This document shows, piece by piece, positions 60,690 to 64,000 of a DNA stretch of 64,000 nt. A program made the position numbers and the translations under genes. Source of the DNA: Eledone cirrhosa. Lineage: Eukaryota. The stretch spans positions 69,812,001 through 69,876,000 of the forward strand of contig OZ024743.1 in NCBI GenBank assembly GCA_964016885.1, given 5' to 3'. Every line of letters begins with the position of its first letter. The stretch's first letter is position 1. The notes beneath the pieces are model-generated. The model had not been told where the DNA came from. It made no database searches and saw only the letters and a program-made list of their open reading frames with translations.

Positions 60690-61356
60690 AAGTTCCCCAA
60701 ATTTATATACATGTGAATGGAGTTCTACTGAAGCAGTTAGAGAAGTTCAAGTATCTTGGAGCCGTGTTCATGAGTGATGGTATGCAGGAGACTAAATTAA
60801 GTGCAATAATTGCAGAAACTGATGCAGTAAAGTGCCAGCCTCAGCATTCAGCAATCAGATGAAGAAGGGTATGTGTAAAAGCCAAACTCGCTGTCTTCCT
60901 GGTATTCCTGCCAACTCTTACCGAGGATCATGAATCTTGAGTAATGACCAAAAGAATACAATTGCAAATAAAAGTGGCAGAAATGGGATTCCTCCGAAGG
61001 GTCTTTGGAGTAACGTTACTCGATAAAGTGCATAACTCAGAGACCAGGGAGTCACTCCTAGTAGAGCCGCTACTTCTCCGAATTGAGAGATCACAACTCC
61101 GATATTATGAGCATGTGGTTAGAATGTCTCAATAAAAATCGCTGGACACATTTTACAGGCAAAACCAACCGGCAAGGGACCCAGAGGTAGACCCTGAGCA
61201 AGATAGTTGGATAACATCTATGACATTGGCTGGTCACGCTTTGAGATTCATCTGGATCAGTTAGAGATGTTTGCTACTGACAGACTTGCTGGAAGGAGTG
61301 TTTGAGAAGGATTCTGCCCCCACAACCCTCTCAGAAATAAGTAGGTGAGGAAGAAG
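60690..61356 (+). mobile_element. 5'-truncated RTE-clade LINE (second family)
   Basis: LKQLEKFKYLGAVFMSDG and AEMGFLRRVFGVTLLDKVHNSETRESL.VEPLLLRIERSQLRY..HVVRM. Confidence 0.82.
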
Positions 61357-61480
61357 ATATTGTCAATTTACTTATCAATATACATATATCTATATGCATA
61401 TATATTTGCGTATAATACCAATATGCAGACTACATATGCTAGCAGAAAACCGCCCGAAGGGAGATTTTTCTGCTAGTAAC

Positions 61481-61527
<47 letters not shown>

Positions 61528-61799
61528 TTTCCTTATTGGCCACAAGGGCCGACATATAGGGGACAATCCAAAAGACTGGGACAGTGGGGGTTTACATATA
61601 CAACCGTGTAAACAATAATAAAAATAACAAAATAGCAATAAAAATACAAGAAAAATTCCCCAATAGGAATGATGGGGGGGGGGGTCGTAAAATGTAATTG
61701 TAAAATAATTAAGATTATACAAACGAAGAGTAATAACTTTAATAAAATAATAAATATAATAGAATTTTACTTCAATTTCACGTATTACTGGAAATAACA

Positions 61800-62400
61800 G
61801 GAACAGCCTCAACAACAACAACATCCGCTACAGCTACAGTAACAACATCCTCAACAACAATAACATCAACAACATCAACAACATCAACAACTACAATAAC
61901 AACACTAATGGCCAGAAGGAGAAAATGGACAATGACATCTACAACAACATCAACATCCATTACAACTACATCCATTACAACTACAGTAACAAAGACCTCA
62001 ACAACATCAACAACTACATCCATTACACCTACATCCATTACAACTACAGTAACAAAGACCTCAACTTTGACATCAACAACAACAATATTAACAAAGACAT
62101 CAACAACAACTTCAATAACAACAAAAACGACATCAATAACAACAACAAAAATCACAAGAACTACAGTAATAAATACCTCAATATCAACAACAACAACAAC
62201 TATTACTACAACAATAACTACTACTACAACAATAACTACAACTACTACTACAACAACTACTACTACAACAACTACTACTACAACAATAACTACTACTACA
62301 ACAACAACTACTACTATTACAATAATAACTACTACTACAACAACAACTACTACTACAACAATAACTACTACTACAACAACTACTACTACAACACTAGCAA
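61800..62400. repeat. (ACA/ACT)n low-complexity tract
   Basis: Direct inspection; gives poly-Thr and Asn-Tyr ORFs. Confidence 0.85.
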
Positions 62401-62519
62401 CAAGAGCGATGATAATGATTTCTTAACAGTTTACATTTTTAATAACTTTGCCGTGACTGTTTTCCAAAAAATACGACTTAATTAAACATCGCCAACTCTT
62501 CCTCCACACCAGACAACAC

Positions 62520-64000
62520 ACACCCTCAACCAACCAGCCAGCCAGACAACGCACATATTCTACCAGCCATCTAACTAACTAGAGCCAGCCAGCCAACACA
62601 CATCATCTACCAACTAGCCAGCCAGCCAACGCACATATTCTACCAGCCAGCCAGCCAACGCACATCTTCTACCAGCCATCTAACTAGCCACCCAGCCAGC
62701 CAACACACATTCTCTACCAGCCGTCTAACTAGCCAGTCAGCCAGCCAACACACATCCTCTACCAGCCAGCCAACACACATCCTCTATCAGCCATCTAACT
62801 AGCCAGCCAACCAGCCAACGCACATCTTCTACCAGCTATCTAACTAGCAAACCAGCCAACTAACACAATCCTCTACCAGCCATCTAACTAACTAGATCCA
62901 GCCAGCCAACACACATCATCTACCAACTAGCCACCAGTCAGCCAACCCACATCCTCTATCAGCCATCTAACTAGCCAACCAGCCAGCCAACGCACATCTT
63001 CTACCGGCCATCTAACAAGCCATCCAGCCAGCCAACGCACATTCTCTATCAGCCATCTAACTAGCCAGCCAGCCAGCCAACGCACATCTTCTACCAGCCA
63101 TCTAACTTGCCAGCCAGCCAGCCAACGCACATTCTCTATCAGCCATCTAACTAGCCAGCCAGCCAGCCAACGCACATCTTCTACCAGCCATCTAACTAGC
63201 CAACCAGCCAGCCAACACACATCCTCTACCAGCCATCTAACTAGCCAACCAGCCAGCCAACGCACATCTTCTACCGGCCATCTAACAAGCCAGCCAGCCA
63301 GCCAACGCACATTCTCTATCAGCCATCTAACTAGCCAGCCAGCCAGCCAACGCACATCTTCTACCAGCCATCTAACTAGCCAACCAGCCAGCCAACACAC
63401 ATCCTCTACCAGCCATCTAACTAGCCAGCCAGCCAGCCAACGCACATTCTCTATCAGCCATCTAACTAGCCAGCCAGCCAGCCAACGCACATCTTCTACC
63501 AGCCATCTAACTAGCCAGCCAGCCAGCCAACGCACATTCTCAACCAGCCATCTAACTAGCTACCCAGCCAGCCAACACACATCCTCTACCAGCCATCTAA
63601 CTAGCTACCCCGCCAGCCAACACACATCCTCTACCAGCCATCTAACTAGCTACCCAGCCAGCCAACACACATCCTCTACCAGCCATCTAACTAGCTACCC
63701 AGCCAGCCAACACACATCCTCTACCAGCCATCTAACTAGCCAGCCAGCCAGCCAACACACATCCTCTACCAGCCATCTAACTAGCTACCCAGCCAGACAA
63801 CACACATCCTCTACCAGCCATCTAACTAGCTACCCAGCCAGACAACACACATCCTCTACCAGCCATCTAACAAGCTAACCAGCCAACCAACACACATCTT
63901 CTACCAGCCATCTAACAAGCCAGCCAGCCAGCCAACACACTTCCTCTACCAGCCAGCCAGCGAACACACATCCTCTACCAACCATCTAAATAGTGACCCA
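62520..64000. repeat. 45-bp minisatellite, running off the window end
   Basis: Unit CTACCAGCCATCTAACTAGCCAGCCAGCCAGCCAACGCACATCTT, ~30 copies; explains the 15-aa periodic ORF 62927-63535. Confidence 0.93.

Noticed and set aside
61778-62485. Thr-rich mucin-like and Asn/Tyr-rich ORFs
   Set aside because: Trinucleotide low-complexity tract; overlapping frames are equally open.
62927-63535. Trp-rich repeat protein, or CRISPR-like array
   Set aside because: Contiguous 45-bp tandem repeat without unique spacers; eukaryotic context.

Overview
Eukaryotic, AT-rich, almost entirely repeat-derived DNA. The SINE families and the microsatellite load suggest an octopus/cephalopod genome (inference). No intact host gene is visible, and most track ORFs are microsatellite artefacts. 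Decayed retroelements include two near-full-length Tx1/L1-type LINEs in tandem (37-48 kb, minus), a near-full-length RTE LINE (54.3-57.6 kb), Penelope-like elements (PLEs) with RT and/or GIY-YIG remnants, CRE and R4/Dong-type fragments, more than 25 copies of one SINE, and a 45-bp minisatellite. The main hidden signal is a dense population of minimal type-I hammerhead ribozymes (HHRs; stem I-CUGANGA-stem II-GAAA-short, often palindromic stem III-NUH-stem I). By eye I count about 16 with intact cores and about 10 degenerate ones, in at least 7 distinct sequence families. They sit in short non-coding elements inserted into (TA)n as tandem or fold-back copies. The best case is a ~540-nt retrozyme-like unit with 5 HHR copies and compensatory base changes. 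All folds were read by eye and none is tested.
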